DNA of 64,000 bases from Patescibacteria group bacterium. Its GTDB lineage: Bacteria > Patescibacteriota > Patescibacteriia > JBAZBY01. Numbering within the stretch: position 1 is the first letter of the stretch; each line of letters begins with the position of its first letter. The notes under the pieces were generated by a model that saw nothing but the letters and a program-made list of their open reading frames with translations, did no database searches and was not told the origin of the DNA. The translations under genes were made by a program, and so were the position numbers. The stretch is from the NCBI GenBank assembly GCA_041671225.1, contig JBAZBY010000001.1:897130-961129 (forward strand), written 5' to 3'. Of the stretch, positions 40,455 through 51,847 are shown one piece after another.

Positions 40455-41527
40455 GCGCGTGAAGCGAGTACCTGCTTATAAACCTTATAATATTTCTCGG
40501 CCAGTCGTTCCCAGGAAAAATGTTCAATGGTAAACGCTGCCGCTGAGCGTGAAAGGTCTTTTAAGGCCTGTGGATCATCAAGAAACTGCTGTATAGCGCG
40601 CGCTGCGGCTGGTGCGTCCTGTTCAGGAAAGTACACGCCATTCTGGCCATCAATAATCGCTTCTGCAATGCCCTCAATACCCGTCGTAAGCACGGGAAGT
40701 CCCCTGCTGGCCGCTTCAATGGCCACAATACCGAATCCCTCTGCATCCCCCATAACGGTCTTGTTTGGCATAACAAAAAGATCAGCGCCTGTGTACGCGA
40801 TATCACGCTCTTCATCGCTGATCTCACCGGCAAGAAAAACCCTTCGCGAAATTCCCCGTTCGCGAATCGCGCGTAATATCGTCTCTTCTTCTGGTCCTGC
40901 GCCCGCAATCAATACATAGACACGTTCAGGGAGCAGAGGCATCACATCGCGTATGAACCAGGACATATTCTTGCGCTCAATAAGTCTGCCAACGCTCAAG
41001 AGAAGAAACGCCTTCTCAGGGATACCATAACGCACGCTCATTGATTTTCGCGCACTGATGCTGTCCTGCTGTGCGGGAGGCATGATGCCGTTGGGAATAA
41101 CAGAAACGCGATCATGTGCAACGCCGCGAGCAAGAAGAAATGCAACCGTTGGCTTACTGACGGAAATAATGTGTGCAAGACGAGGAAGAACGCGCCGCAA
41201 TGCCAACTGATACAACCGCCGCCGCCAGACAACATCCAACGCATGGACGGTTGTCACAAGAGGAAAACGGCACAGTCGCGATAGCGGGTAGAGCGCAACC
41301 GCCATGACGGCATCTGTTGTGTGAACGACATCGGGTTTGCGAAAGATACACAGCCAACACATGCGAAGCCACGTTAAAGGCAACCACCATAAAAGATGCA
41401 GCTGGGAGCGATTGAGGATCATTGCCGACGATTCTTCTGCAATGCTCGTGGCAATGAGATCCGCGCTATACCGCTCCATCCCCCCCACGATCGGAGGATG
41501 TTTTCTCGTGATATACAGGACTCTCAT
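40451..41527 (-). CDS. GT4 glycosyltransferase
   Basis: GGMERY, IPNG, VGRLIERKN and EGFGIVAIEA motifs. Confidence 0.9.
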   Translation of the reverse strand: MRVLYITRKHPPIVGGMERYSADLIATSIAEESSAMILNRSQLHLLWWLPLTWLRMCWLCIFRKPDVVHTTDAVMAVALYPLSRLCRFPLVTTVHALDVVWRRRLYQLALRRVLPRLAHIISVSKPTVAFLLARGVAHDRVSVIPNGIMPPAQQDSISARKSMSVRYGIPEKAFLLLSVGRLIERKNMSWFIRDVMPLLPERVYVLIAGAGPEEETILRAIRERGISRRVFLAGEISDEERDIAYTGADLFVMPNKTVMGDAEGFGIVAIEAASRGLPVLTTGIEGIAEAIIDGQNGVYFPEQDAPAAARAIQQFLDDPQALKDLSRSAAAFTIEHFSWERLAEKYYKVYKQVLASRA

Positions 41528-42473
41528 GCTCGGTTTGTTCCTTCTTTATTCGATACAAAATTTCCTCGAGTAATTTCCGATTCCAACCGATCGCTGAAGC
41601 CAAAAGACCGATGATAAAAATTTGAAACCCAAGAATGATCAGCGCTGAAGCAAGGATCAATGATTGAATATGACCTTCGCCTCCATTGGCTGCAAAAAAG
41701 TAGAACCAAAAAAAGCGCACAATAAAGGCCAAACCACAAGCGAAGATAATACCGCCAATGATCGTCATAACCCGCAATGGTTTATACAAAGTAAAAATGC
41801 GAAAGATGACAATAAGCGAGCGGACAATATGCGAAGGGAGAGATTTGATGAGACGCGATTTCCGCGCGACAGGGCGAGCCTTGATGGGAACTTCCACAAC
41901 CGTCAATTGCTGGTCGAGCGCCTGAATAATGGTTTCATGCGTATACGTATGGCGGGAAAACACATGCATGTGCAGTGCGGCTTCGCGATTATACGCCCGA
42001 AAGCCCGTAGAAACATCCAGGGTATCCTTGCGGCCGATAATACGGCTCACAAGCCACGAGCCGAGCTTGTTCCCTTGCCGATTCACGGTCTTCATATCTT
42101 CAAGCTTGTCCACTTCACGTCCGCCGACAACAACATCTGCGCGGCCTTCAAGAATCGGCGCAATGAGTTCAGGAATGCGTGATTGGTCATAGTGATTGTC
42201 CGCGTCGGTATTCACCACAATATCCGCACCCATGGCAAGTGCGCACTCAATGCCATCCTGAAATGTTTTTGCAAGTCCTTTGTTGCCTGCATGCATGAGG
42301 ATCTCATCTGCCCCAGCCTCCCGTGCAACGTCACTCGTACGGTCCTTGGAGCCATCATTCATAACAAGAACACGGACATCCGTAATGCCGGGAATAGTAC
42401 GAGGAATCTCACGGATCACGCCCGCGATCGTTGCCTCCTCATTATATGCCGGAATAGTGACGACCAGTCTCAT
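41466..42473 (-). CDS. GT2 polyprenyl-phosphate glycosyltransferase with C-terminal TMs
   Basis: IPAYNE, DGSKD, NTDADNHY and STGFRAY motifs, with two C-terminal TMs. Confidence 0.88.
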   Translation of the reverse strand: MRLVVTIPAYNEEATIAGVIREIPRTIPGITDVRVLVMNDGSKDRTSDVAREAGADEILMHAGNKGLAKTFQDGIECALAMGADIVVNTDADNHYDQSRIPELIAPILEGRADVVVGGREVDKLEDMKTVNRQGNKLGSWLVSRIIGRKDTLDVSTGFRAYNREAALHMHVFSRHTYTHETIIQALDQQLTVVEVPIKARPVARKSRLIKSLPSHIVRSLIVIFRIFTLYKPLRVMTIIGGIIFACGLAFIVRFFWFYFFAANGGEGHIQSLILASALIILGFQIFIIGLLASAIGWNRKLLEEILYRIKKEQTEHESPVYHEKTSSDRGGDGAV

Positions 42474-43771
42474 GTTTGGGGTTTTCCAATACCTTCGTAG
42501 TCAAACCCTAGCTTGTTCATGACCACCCCGTCAAGAAGATTCTTTCCATCAATAAGAATGGGCTTTTTCATGAGACGCTTGATCTTCTTCCAATCCATCG
42601 TGATGAATTCTTCCCATTCTGTGGCAATCACTGCTGCTTGTGCGCCTTTTGCTGCTTCATAGGGGTCAGTGAAATACTGTATGCTCTCGCCGAGAATACG
42701 CTCAGCATTTTTGGCTGCAACCGGATCATACGCGCGCACCTTTGCTCCTCTGCTCACCAGATCCTGAATGATACTGATGGCGGATGATTCACGCACATCA
42801 TCGGTATTATTCTTGAATGCAAGACCGAACACCGTAATGATCTTTCCATTCCCATTCAGTGATGAAAAACGCTTAAGCAATTTTTTCACAGGCAATTGGC
42901 GCTGGCGATTGTTCACTTCTATAACAGCGCGCACCAGCTGAAAATCATACCCAGAGTTGAGCGCAATATGATCGAGGGCGCGAACATCCTTTGGAAAACA
43001 AGAACCGCCATAACCGATACCCGCTTTGAGAAAACGGTGGCCAATACGTTGATCCAGACCCATGCCTTCTGCAACCTCCTCAACATCAGCGCCCACCTCT
43101 TCGCTGACATTGGCGATCTCATTGATGAATGAGATCTTCGTTGCGAGAAACGCATTGGATGCGTACTTGATCATTTCTGCGCTGGGAATGGACGTAACAA
43201 GCTTTGGCATTTTGAGTTTCTTGAAGACGTTGAGCATGACCCGCTCCGCCTTTTGAGAATCAACACCGATCACGACACGGTCTCCTTTGAAGAAATCCTC
43301 CACTGCAAAACCTTCACGCAGGAACTCCGGTGTTGAAACGACGTCAAATGGTCCTTTATGATTCTTCTTCACGATTCCGCGCACGACTTCTGCGGTACCC
43401 ACGGGAACAGTGCTTTTGTCGGCAATGACTGCATACCCTTTCAGATGCTGTGCAACGGACTTGGCAGCTGCTTTGACCTGCGAAAGGTCTGCACGTCCAT
43501 CTGGCATTGAAGGCGTGCCGACGCAAATAAACACAACGTCAACATCCTTGATGCCTTCTGCATAATCCGTGGTGAAGATGAGTCGTTTTGCCTTCACGTT
43601 CTTTTTCACCAGTCGCTCAAGGCCAGGTTCATAAATGGGAATGATCCCGCTCTTCAGCTTGATGACTTTTTCTGCGGTGTTGTTAATGGCAACGACCTGG
43701 TGGCCAAGTTCTGCAAGACATGTCCCGGAAACAAGCCCGACATACCCGACACCGATAACAGCAATACGCAT
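42470..43771 (-). CDS. ugd: UDP-glucose 6-dehydrogenase
   Basis: GVGYVG, CVGTP, KSTVPVG, PEFLREG, GYGGSCFPKD and FKNNTDDVRES motifs. Confidence 0.93.
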   Translation of the reverse strand: MRIAVIGVGYVGLVSGTCLAELGHQVVAINNTAEKVIKLKSGIIPIYEPGLERLVKKNVKAKRLIFTTDYAEGIKDVDVVFICVGTPSMPDGRADLSQVKAAAKSVAQHLKGYAVIADKSTVPVGTAEVVRGIVKKNHKGPFDVVSTPEFLREGFAVEDFFKGDRVVIGVDSQKAERVMLNVFKKLKMPKLVTSIPSAEMIKYASNAFLATKISFINEIANVSEEVGADVEEVAEGMGLDQRIGHRFLKAGIGYGGSCFPKDVRALDHIALNSGYDFQLVRAVIEVNNRQRQLPVKKLLKRFSSLNGNGKIITVFGLAFKNNTDDVRESSAISIIQDLVSRGAKVRAYDPVAAKNAERILGESIQYFTDPYEAAKGAQAAVIATEWEEFITMDWKKIKRLMKKPILIDGKNLLDGVVMNKLGFDYEGIGKPQT

Positions 43772-43792
43772 AAACGAATATGAATGAATAAA

Positions 43793-45073
43793 TTACCGAC
43801 CAATACCTGAATAATGAATTCCTGCATCAATCATTGCATCCTTGTCTAATACATTTTTGCCATCGACAAATGCAAGAATATTATTCTCCTTCAAGAGATT
43901 GGGTGTGAGTTCCATAAACTCCTTGTGATCTGTTACCAAAACCAATGCATCACTTTTTTTCAATAATTCCTTGAGTGAAGAGGCGGTTCCCTTCTTTGGA
44001 AGATGAGGATCAAAGCTTTCAACGGACGCACCAAGTTCCTTCAACTCATCTTGAATCTTATAGAAGGGGCTCTCACGGTCATCATCGATATTTGCTTTAT
44101 AAGCAATCCCAAGAAGACCGACCGTACTCCCCTTCACTGCCTTGCCCGCGGCATTCATTAAACGAAGCAACTTCCCTACGGTATACGCCGGCATGCTGTT
44201 ATTAATATCCCGTGCGAGCTGCAAAAACTCATGAGTAAAACCACTCTGCTTCGCTCGCTCGATAAGATAATAAGGGTCGACCGGAATGCAGTGCCCGCCA
44301 ATACCCGCCGAAGGGTAATGCGCCATGAAAGAAAATGGCTTTGTCTTTGCGCCTTCAATCACATCAAGAATATCAATACCGAGTATATCAAAGGACTTCG
44401 CAAGTTCATTTACAAATGCAATATTCACATCGCGAAAAGAATTCTCAACGATCTTCACTGCTTCTGCTTCCTTCAATGACTTCATCGGATGAATCTCGGC
44501 CTCGATGATACTTTCATAAAATTCCTTTGCGCGACGCAATGATGCAGCATCAAAGCCTCCAACAACGCGCGGAATGTTACGCACATTCCATTTTGGATCT
44601 CCGGGATTAATCCGTTCCGGGCAATGAGCAAGATAAAAATCCTTCCCTACCTTCTTGCCATCTCTCTCAAGAATAGGGAGAACAACCTCTTCAGAAACAC
44701 CGGGATTAATGGTGGATTCAAGGACGATCAGCTGGCCATCGCGCATATGCGCGCGGACCTTCTCCATACTGTCGCGTACCGGCCCAAGATCAGGAGTATG
44801 ACTGCGGTCGACGGGCGTGGGAACACAGGAAATAACAATATCACCTTCTGTGATGATTGCTGGATCCGCTGAAGCGGTGATACTGACTCGTGATAGCCAC
44901 TCATTCAATAAGGGGTCATCAATAGGACTCTTGCCCGCATTGATCATGGCGATCTTCTTTTCATCCAGCGCATGCCCAAGAACGCGATACCCCTTCTCTG
45001 CAGCAAGACAAGCAAGCGGTAGCCCGACGTAACCGAGGCCAATAATGACAATTGTCTTTTTGTTCTGTGACAT
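43793..45073 (-). CDS. UDP-N-acetylhexosamine dehydrogenase (WecC/WbpA family)
   Basis: GLGYVGLP, PERINPG, ENSFRDVNIAFVNE, GGHCIPVDP and YKANIDDDRESP motifs. Confidence 0.9.
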   Translation of the reverse strand: MSQNKKTIVIIGLGYVGLPLACLAAEKGYRVLGHALDEKKIAMINAGKSPIDDPLLNEWLSRVSITASADPAIITEGDIVISCVPTPVDRSHTPDLGPVRDSMEKVRAHMRDGQLIVLESTINPGVSEEVVLPILERDGKKVGKDFYLAHCPERINPGDPKWNVRNIPRVVGGFDAASLRRAKEFYESIIEAEIHPMKSLKEAEAVKIVENSFRDVNIAFVNELAKSFDILGIDILDVIEGAKTKPFSFMAHYPSAGIGGHCIPVDPYYLIERAKQSGFTHEFLQLARDINNSMPAYTVGKLLRLMNAAGKAVKGSTVGLLGIAYKANIDDDRESPFYKIQDELKELGASVESFDPHLPKKGTASSLKELLKKSDALVLVTDHKEFMELTPNLLKENNILAFVDGKNVLDKDAMIDAGIHYSGIGR

Positions 45074-45123
45074 GGAATGGTTATGAAACAAGAGGAAATA
45101 TCTTCCCCTTGTGACTGCCTATC

Positions 45124-46298
<1,175 letters not shown>

Positions 46299-46302
<4 letters not shown>

Positions 46303-47339
46303 GATTCGTTTTCTTGATAATATTCAGAATTAAATTCAATGGTGTTGCTCCCGCGGAGCGCATCAACGGTTCGTTTCAGCCCTTCATCATATGAAACCAC
46401 GGGAAACCAGCCAAGCTTTTCTTTTGCGCGGTGAATACTGGGAATCCCCTGCTTCACGGTATACGGAAGATGCGGGCTATAACGAATGGTGGATGGCGAA
46501 CCGAGCAGCGTGATGATCTTTTTTGCAATCTCGCCCACAGTAATTTGTTCCGGATTCCCCACATTCACAGGACCATGCTCATGCGATGCCATAAGCCGCA
46601 TTGCCGCTTCAAGCACATCAGAAACATACACCATGCTCACCATGTCATCCTTTGTGCCATAGATAGTCACCGGCTTACCCGCCATTGCATTACGAACAAA
46701 ATCCGGGATCATGCGGCCATCATCAAGCTGCATGCGCGATCCATAGGTGTTGAACACACGCATGATCTTTGCTTCTAATGCATACACTCTGCGGTAATTG
46801 GTGATAAGGCTCTCTGCAAAGCGTTTACCTTCGATATATGCCGAACGCGGGCCAACAGGGTCTGTATACCCCCAATACTGCTCAGGAAACGGGGTGGCTT
46901 CGCGAGGCTCTCCGTAGATCGCAGCGCTTGAGAAAAAAACAATGCGAGCCTCGTGTTTGCGCGCGAGATCAAGCGCGTTGCGTGTCCCAAGACTATTTGC
47001 AAGCAGCGTCTCAACGGGGTTTGCATGATAATACTTTGGCGATGTTGGTGATGCGAGGTGATAGATCTCCTGAATTCCCTGTGTCTGAATATCAAATTTC
47101 TTAAGCTCCTCATACTGCAGCACATCAAGCGGCTCGGTCATATCATGTTTTAAGAACTCAAAATCAGGATTCTTGAGGAGATGATGAATATTGATCTCTA
47201 GTCCTGTAGAAAAATTATCCACGCAAATCACGCGATCAGTCTTCACGAGAAGATCACACAAATGCGAACCTAAAAACCCAGCGCCGCCAGTGACGATGAT
47301 ATTCTTCTTTTCAAATTGAATGTCGTGTTTCTTCGCCAT
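46299..47339 (-). CDS. UDP-glucuronate decarboxylase (UXS)-like SDR
   Basis: [32 protein letters not shown] and FNTYG..M..DDGR motifs. Confidence 0.85.
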
Positions 47340-47344
47340 AGTGA

Positions 47345-48049
47345 TTACTGATAGCGTCCTCGTAAAGTATCGAGGCGTAGCGTAAAGAGTTCAAAAAGGG
47401 TTTTGAGATAATCGCTACTCCGTACTTTGCTGCGATCATCATTTCGCCAAAAAATTGGGACCTCCTTTACGCGTAACTTTTTTCTGCGTGCGAGAAAGAG
47501 AAGCTCAAAGTCGAATCCCCATCGGTCGTGTCGCTGCTGCTCAAAAAGTATGCGCGTTGTTGCTGTACGGAACAATTTGAAGCCGTTCTGCGTATCCGCA
47601 ATATGGGGAGTTGCAAACAAACGTATCAAGACATTGCCGAATCGCCCAAGCATCACCTTATGGAGTGACTGCGGCTTTACCACTTGCGCGCCCCGAACAC
47701 TTCGCGAGCCGATCACAATATCTCTTTCATGTATCTCCTTCAAAAAAAGATCAAGGGTTTCTATGGGCGTTGAGAGATCAACATCAGTAATGCAAATGAA
47801 ATCGCCCTTGGCCGCACATGCACCTGTTTTTACTGCAGCACCTTTTCCTTTATTTTGCTCATGACGCAACACTTTTACCGTCAATGCATGTGCCTCAGTA
47901 AGCGCAACCGTATCATCTGAACTTCCATCATCAACGAGAAAGACCTCATATGTCCACTGAACGGTCTTAAGGTACGCCTGAAGACGGTTTAGGGCATCTG
48001 TGATGCGTCCCGACTCATTATATGCGGGAAGAATAATGGAAACTAACAT
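47345..48049 (-). CDS. Dolichyl/undecaprenyl-phosphate glucosyltransferase-like GT2 (Alg5-like)
   Basis: NKGKGAAV, DVDLSTP, DTQNGFKLF and WGFDFELL motifs. Confidence 0.85.
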   Translation of the reverse strand: MLVSIILPAYNESGRITDALNRLQAYLKTVQWTYEVFLVDDGSSDDTVALTEAHALTVKVLRHEQNKGKGAAVKTGACAAKGDFICITDVDLSTPIETLDLFLKEIHERDIVIGSRSVRGAQVVKPQSLHKVMLGRFGNVLIRLFATPHIADTQNGFKLFRTATTRILFEQQRHDRWGFDFELLFLARRKKLRVKEVPIFWRNDDRSKVRSSDYLKTLFELFTLRLDTLRGRYQ

Positions 48050-48087
48050 ATGACAACAACAGGATGATTATACTGAATAACGCGCTC

Positions 48088-48516
48088 TCAGACAAGCTTC
48101 TCTTTAAAGGTCCAAAACCGATTCGCAAGAAAGTTCCAAAGAAGCACTGCAGCAACAGAAATAATCTTTGCGGGGATATCCGTGAGGCCTGAGTGCTCAA
48201 CAAGAAAGTAGAGGATGCCGGTTGTGAGGCCAAGTCCTACTGTTGCGACAATCAAAAACTTTACAAACTGTCGATGCACGCGGGGGTCATTGCTACGAAA
48301 CGTCCAGCGACGGTTCCAATTATAACTCCACGTTGCGGCGAGCAAAAAAGCAATGACATTTGCGGCAAGAAAATGAACGCCAAAGGCGCGAGTGAACAAA
48401 AGGTACGCAGCAAAATCAACAACGGTATTCGACGCGCCGACTAATGAAAATTTCACAAATTGGCGCACCATTGGACGCCGCGTCATGGCATGCATTGATC
48501 CAAAGATCCTCCTCAT
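48088..48516 (-). CDS. GtrA-family flippase-like protein
   Basis: QFVKFSLVG..NT, NRRWTF and NFLANRFWTF motifs; 4 TM segments. Confidence 0.9.
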   Translation of the reverse strand: MRRIFGSMHAMTRRPMVRQFVKFSLVGASNTVVDFAAYLLFTRAFGVHFLAANVIAFLLAATWSYNWNRRWTFRSNDPRVHRQFVKFLIVATVGLGLTTGILYFLVEHSGLTDIPAKIISVAAVLLWNFLANRFWTFKEKLV

Positions 48517-50636
48517 TAATAGATTCTCCCAGCGCTCACATCAAGCCCTCCACGAAAAGATTCAGCATACACAAAAAATTGACCAGGCACCGAGCCATTG
48601 CCATTCATGACGCGCACATGAGGACCGCCGCCCGCCATTGGTCCGGTTACTATTTCGTCCTGTGCATCACCATCAACATCACCAGCAGCAACACGGACGC
48701 CATTCCGAAAACTCTCCGCATAGGCAAAGAACTGCCCCTTCACATTGCCGTCGATGTCAAAAATACGAATATGCGGACCGCCGCCAGGGCCGGGCGCGGT
48801 GATGATCTCGGCAATCGCATCTCCATCAATATCGCCCACAGCAACATCTATTCCGCCACGAAAATTCTCTCCATATGCAAGAAATTCATTCAACATCTCT
48901 CCATTTTTTGAAAAAATACGCACCATGGGAGCCGTGCCTGCCATCTGTGCGGCTACGATCTCTGCCTTCCCATTGCCGGTAAGATCACCCGCCGCAACAT
49001 GCGTGCCGGCCCGTGACCCAGCGTCAAAGGCATTGATGCTTTTTCTTTTATACCCGGCAGCGGTAAAAATGCGCACATCAGGACCGCCGCCTGGACCGGG
49101 CGCGGTGATGATCTCAACGGTGCCATCACCATCCATATCACCGGCTGCAACATCAACCCCGCCGCGAAAAGCTTCATCATATGCAAAAAATTGTCCCTTC
49201 ACTGCGCCTTGTTTATTAAAAATGCGCACATGCGGACCGCCGCCTGCAAAGGTACCAGTGATCACCTCTTCATTATTGCCACTCATGACGTCACCGACCG
49301 CAACATTAACACCATTTCTATACGTTGGTGCATATGCAAGAATGCTTTTTCGTTTTCTTCCGTTCATCGTCATAACACGCACATCTGGCCCACCGCCTGG
49401 GCCGGGCGCGGTGATGATATCATCAGTATTTGCTGTTGTTGCCTTTGTAGTAAGAAGTTCATCGAGTGCCAGCCGTCCACTTCCGAGCCCTGCAGTACTG
49501 AGCGCCTTCACGCTCTCCTTAATGCGCTGGGCAATCAAATCGACAGACCAGGTAGGATATGCCGTCTTTACAAGCGCAGCCGCCCCTGCAACGAATGGAG
49601 TAGACAGAGAGGTTCCAGCCCATCCGCCACCATATGCGGCAGAAAAACCAGGCTCACTCAGCAGCGCCTGTGTGGTGTAGATCCCCTCTCCCGGTGCTGC
49701 AATATCAACGCAACTTGAACCATAATTTGAAAAAGATGAACGAACATCTGCTGCGTTGACGCTTGCAACACCCAAGACATTACGAAGACAAACGGGATAC
49801 CGCTTTGTATTGTCCAGATTGATGCCTTCATTGCCTGATGCTGCAACCATGAGCATGCCTGCTTCTGCGCTTTCCTGGATGGTGATATCAAGACTCGCGC
49901 TATAGGATGCGCCGACCAAACTCATGCTTGCAATATCTGCACCATTCTCACGTGCATAATCAAGCGCAGCGATGATACTGCTCGTAAGACCAACGCCCGA
50001 GCTATTCAAAACCCGAAGGGGCATGATTTGCACCTTCCATGCAACACCGGCAACGCCAACGCCATTGTTCCCTACTGCGCCAATAACGCCTGACACGATC
50101 GTTCCATGCTGAACGCCATCATCATTACCAGGGACATAACTCCCATCAATCTGCACGTCAGGATTATTTGAATCGCCAGCAAAATCCCAACCATACCGGT
50201 CATCAATGTAGCCATTGCCATCATCGTCTTTTCCATTGCCTGCGATCTCATCCTGATTCACCCATATATTGTCCTCCAAATCAGGATGGTCAAGATCCAC
50301 TCCAGAATCAAGAACTGCGACAACAACAGTGCGACTTCCTTGCTCTACACTCCATACGCTCTCAGCACCTATGCGCGTAAGTTCTGTTTGGTTTGTATAC
50401 TGTGGGTCATCAGGAAGAGTTGTTGCAAAAAACTCCCCTTCCTTCTCAAGACGAAAGCCATGAGGAGCGTTCCCCTGAAACTGTGCTGCCTCCTCCGCGG
50501 TAAGCACCAATGGCAAGGGAGGCTTTTCTGGTCTGTCAATAAAGTAACGTGTTCCTTCTTCGGCATGCGCCACCGACAACACAGAAACAAACAGCAGAAT
50601 AGGAACGGAGACAAGAAGAAGGAAGAAACGCCGCAT
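48516..50636 (-). CDS. Secreted S8 subtilisin-like peptidase with C-terminal FG-GAP-like repeats
   Basis: Signal peptide; catalytic triad in LDSG, HGT and GTSLS; repeated 'FRGGVxVAxGDxDGDGxxEIITAPGPGGGPHVR' units. Confidence 0.9.
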   Translation of the reverse strand: MRRFFLLLVSVPILLFVSVLSVAHAEEGTRYFIDRPEKPPLPLVLTAEEAAQFQGNAPHGFRLEKEGEFFATTLPDDPQYTNQTELTRIGAESVWSVEQGSRTVVVAVLDSGVDLDHPDLEDNIWVNQDEIAGNGKDDDGNGYIDDRYGWDFAGDSNNPDVQIDGSYVPGNDDGVQHGTIVSGVIGAVGNNGVGVAGVAWKVQIMPLRVLNSSGVGLTSSIIAALDYARENGADIASMSLVGASYSASLDITIQESAEAGMLMVAASGNEGINLDNTKRYPVCLRNVLGVASVNAADVRSSFSNYGSSCVDIAAPGEGIYTTQALLSEPGFSAAYGGGWAGTSLSTPFVAGAAALVKTAYPTWSVDLIAQRIKESVKALSTAGLGSGRLALDELLTTKATTANTDDIITAPGPGGGPDVRVMTMNGRKRKSILAYAPTYRNGVNVAVGDVMSGNNEEVITGTFAGGGPHVRIFNKQGAVKGQFFAYDEAFRGGVDVAAGDMDGDGTVEIITAPGPGGGPDVRIFTAAGYKRKSINAFDAGSRAGTHVAAGDLTGNGKAEIVAAQMAGTAPMVRIFSKNGEMLNEFLAYGENFRGGIDVAVGDIDGDAIAEIITAPGPGGGPHIRIFDIDGNVKGQFFAYAESFRNGVRVAAGDVDGDAQDEIVTGPMAGGGPHVRVMNGNGSVPGQFFVYAESFRGGLDVSAGRIY

Positions 50637-50640
50637 AGGA

Positions 50641-51843
50641 TTAAAGCGAACCTAAAACAACAGAAACAACTTGTTCAATATCATCCACCATGAGCGTAAG
50701 CTCAATTTCTTCGCCGATATCAAAACGCTGCACGACTGTGGTCAGTTCTTCTGGGTATGCCAGCGGGACGTCATTCACTGCAAGAATGCGCATACCACTC
50801 ACAAGAGCGGCATCATCAGCAGGACTCCCCTCCGCAACAGCCAGGATGCCGCGGTCCGTATCGCCAATGAGCAGTGCGCCCGTTTCCGTATCATCAAGGC
50901 TCGGCATGGCCGCAAGGTCTTTATAGTGAACGCCAAGGTGAAGACGTTCGAACTCCCCATCTTGCAAGAGACGCGGCAATGCGGGCGTAAGAAATTCTAT
51001 TGGAACAACAGTGCCGGTTGCTGGATCACTCACCAAGCCAATTGCTTCACCGCTCATTGTAAAGACGGGTGCGCCACGATATGCTGCGTCAAGATTTCCA
51101 ATACGATGACGGCGTGTGTAGGTTTCTGTTGAAAGAAAAAAGTCCGCACCGTCTGTGTGTAACAATTCATTCTGGCCGACTAAAACGGTTGACTGATATG
51201 CGAGCGTGCCTTGTGCGGTACGCATTAAAACAAGCAGCTCATCGCCGAGTCGGAGATTCTCCGGTACAACAAAGGTTGTGACCGGAAGACCCGCTTCATC
51301 AAGACGAAAAGCCGTCAAGGGAGAAGATGGGTCCTCAAGCGCTGATCCGGTTGTTTCGATAACCGTATTGTCCGCACCAACGCCATATGCGGTTCCCGTA
51401 AGAGAAACGCCATCAACGCTCGCCACATAACCATCACTGGAAATAACAAGACCATTGCCTGTAAGATCGCGATCCAAAATATTTTCAGACTGACTTGAAA
51501 GCGCAACAACCGCGGGACCAACTGTGCTAATGACTTCCGAAATATTCGTTTGCCGTGCCTGCTCTCGGATAATCACATCTCGTTCAGCAGTTTCAGGAAA
51601 TTGAATGCCAAACCAACCCCAAAACGATGCGTTGGGATTTCCAAGTGCGAGGCTTGTCAAGAGAAGAAGACCAAGAGCCCCCGCAACAAAACCACTAAAA
51701 ATACTCAGGATGATGATCGTCCAGATACTACGGGGCTTTATCGGCTGCACAAAGACTTCTTTCTCTTCAAGAAAATGATCTAAGTTCTCTTCTTGTTGTT
51801 TTTGACGTCCTTTTGGGGATGTCGGGGCGATCTTTGCTTTCAT
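50641..51843 (-). CDS. HtrA-like trypsin+PDZ protein with a degenerate catalytic triad
   Basis: TM, 'PAVVAL', 'GNGLVISSDGY', 'GAPVFTMSGEAIGL' and PDZ 'LGVHY...GSPADDA'. Confidence 0.75.
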   Translation of the reverse strand: MKAKIAPTSPKGRQKQQEENLDHFLEEKEVFVQPIKPRSIWTIIILSIFSGFVAGALGLLLLTSLALGNPNASFWGWFGIQFPETAERDVIIREQARQTNISEVISTVGPAVVALSSQSENILDRDLTGNGLVISSDGYVASVDGVSLTGTAYGVGADNTVIETTGSALEDPSSPLTAFRLDEAGLPVTTFVVPENLRLGDELLVLMRTAQGTLAYQSTVLVGQNELLHTDGADFFLSTETYTRRHRIGNLDAAYRGAPVFTMSGEAIGLVSDPATGTVVPIEFLTPALPRLLQDGEFERLHLGVHYKDLAAMPSLDDTETGALLIGDTDRGILAVAEGSPADDAALVSGMRILAVNDVPLAYPEELTTVVQRFDIGEEIELTLMVDDIEQVVSVVLGSL

Positions 51844-51847
51844 GATG

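Noticed and set aside
41466-41527. 62-nt overlap of the GT2 and GT4 genes as a possible programmed fusion
   Set aside because: The GT4 gene has its own ATG and no clear slippery site was seen; loss of an earlier stop codon is the simpler explanation.
48745-49680. 311-aa repetitive plus-strand ORF and DNA repeats resembling an array
   Set aside because: It is the antisense shadow of the FG-GAP-like repeats in the S8 protease. The repeats are coding and degenerate, so this is not CRISPR.
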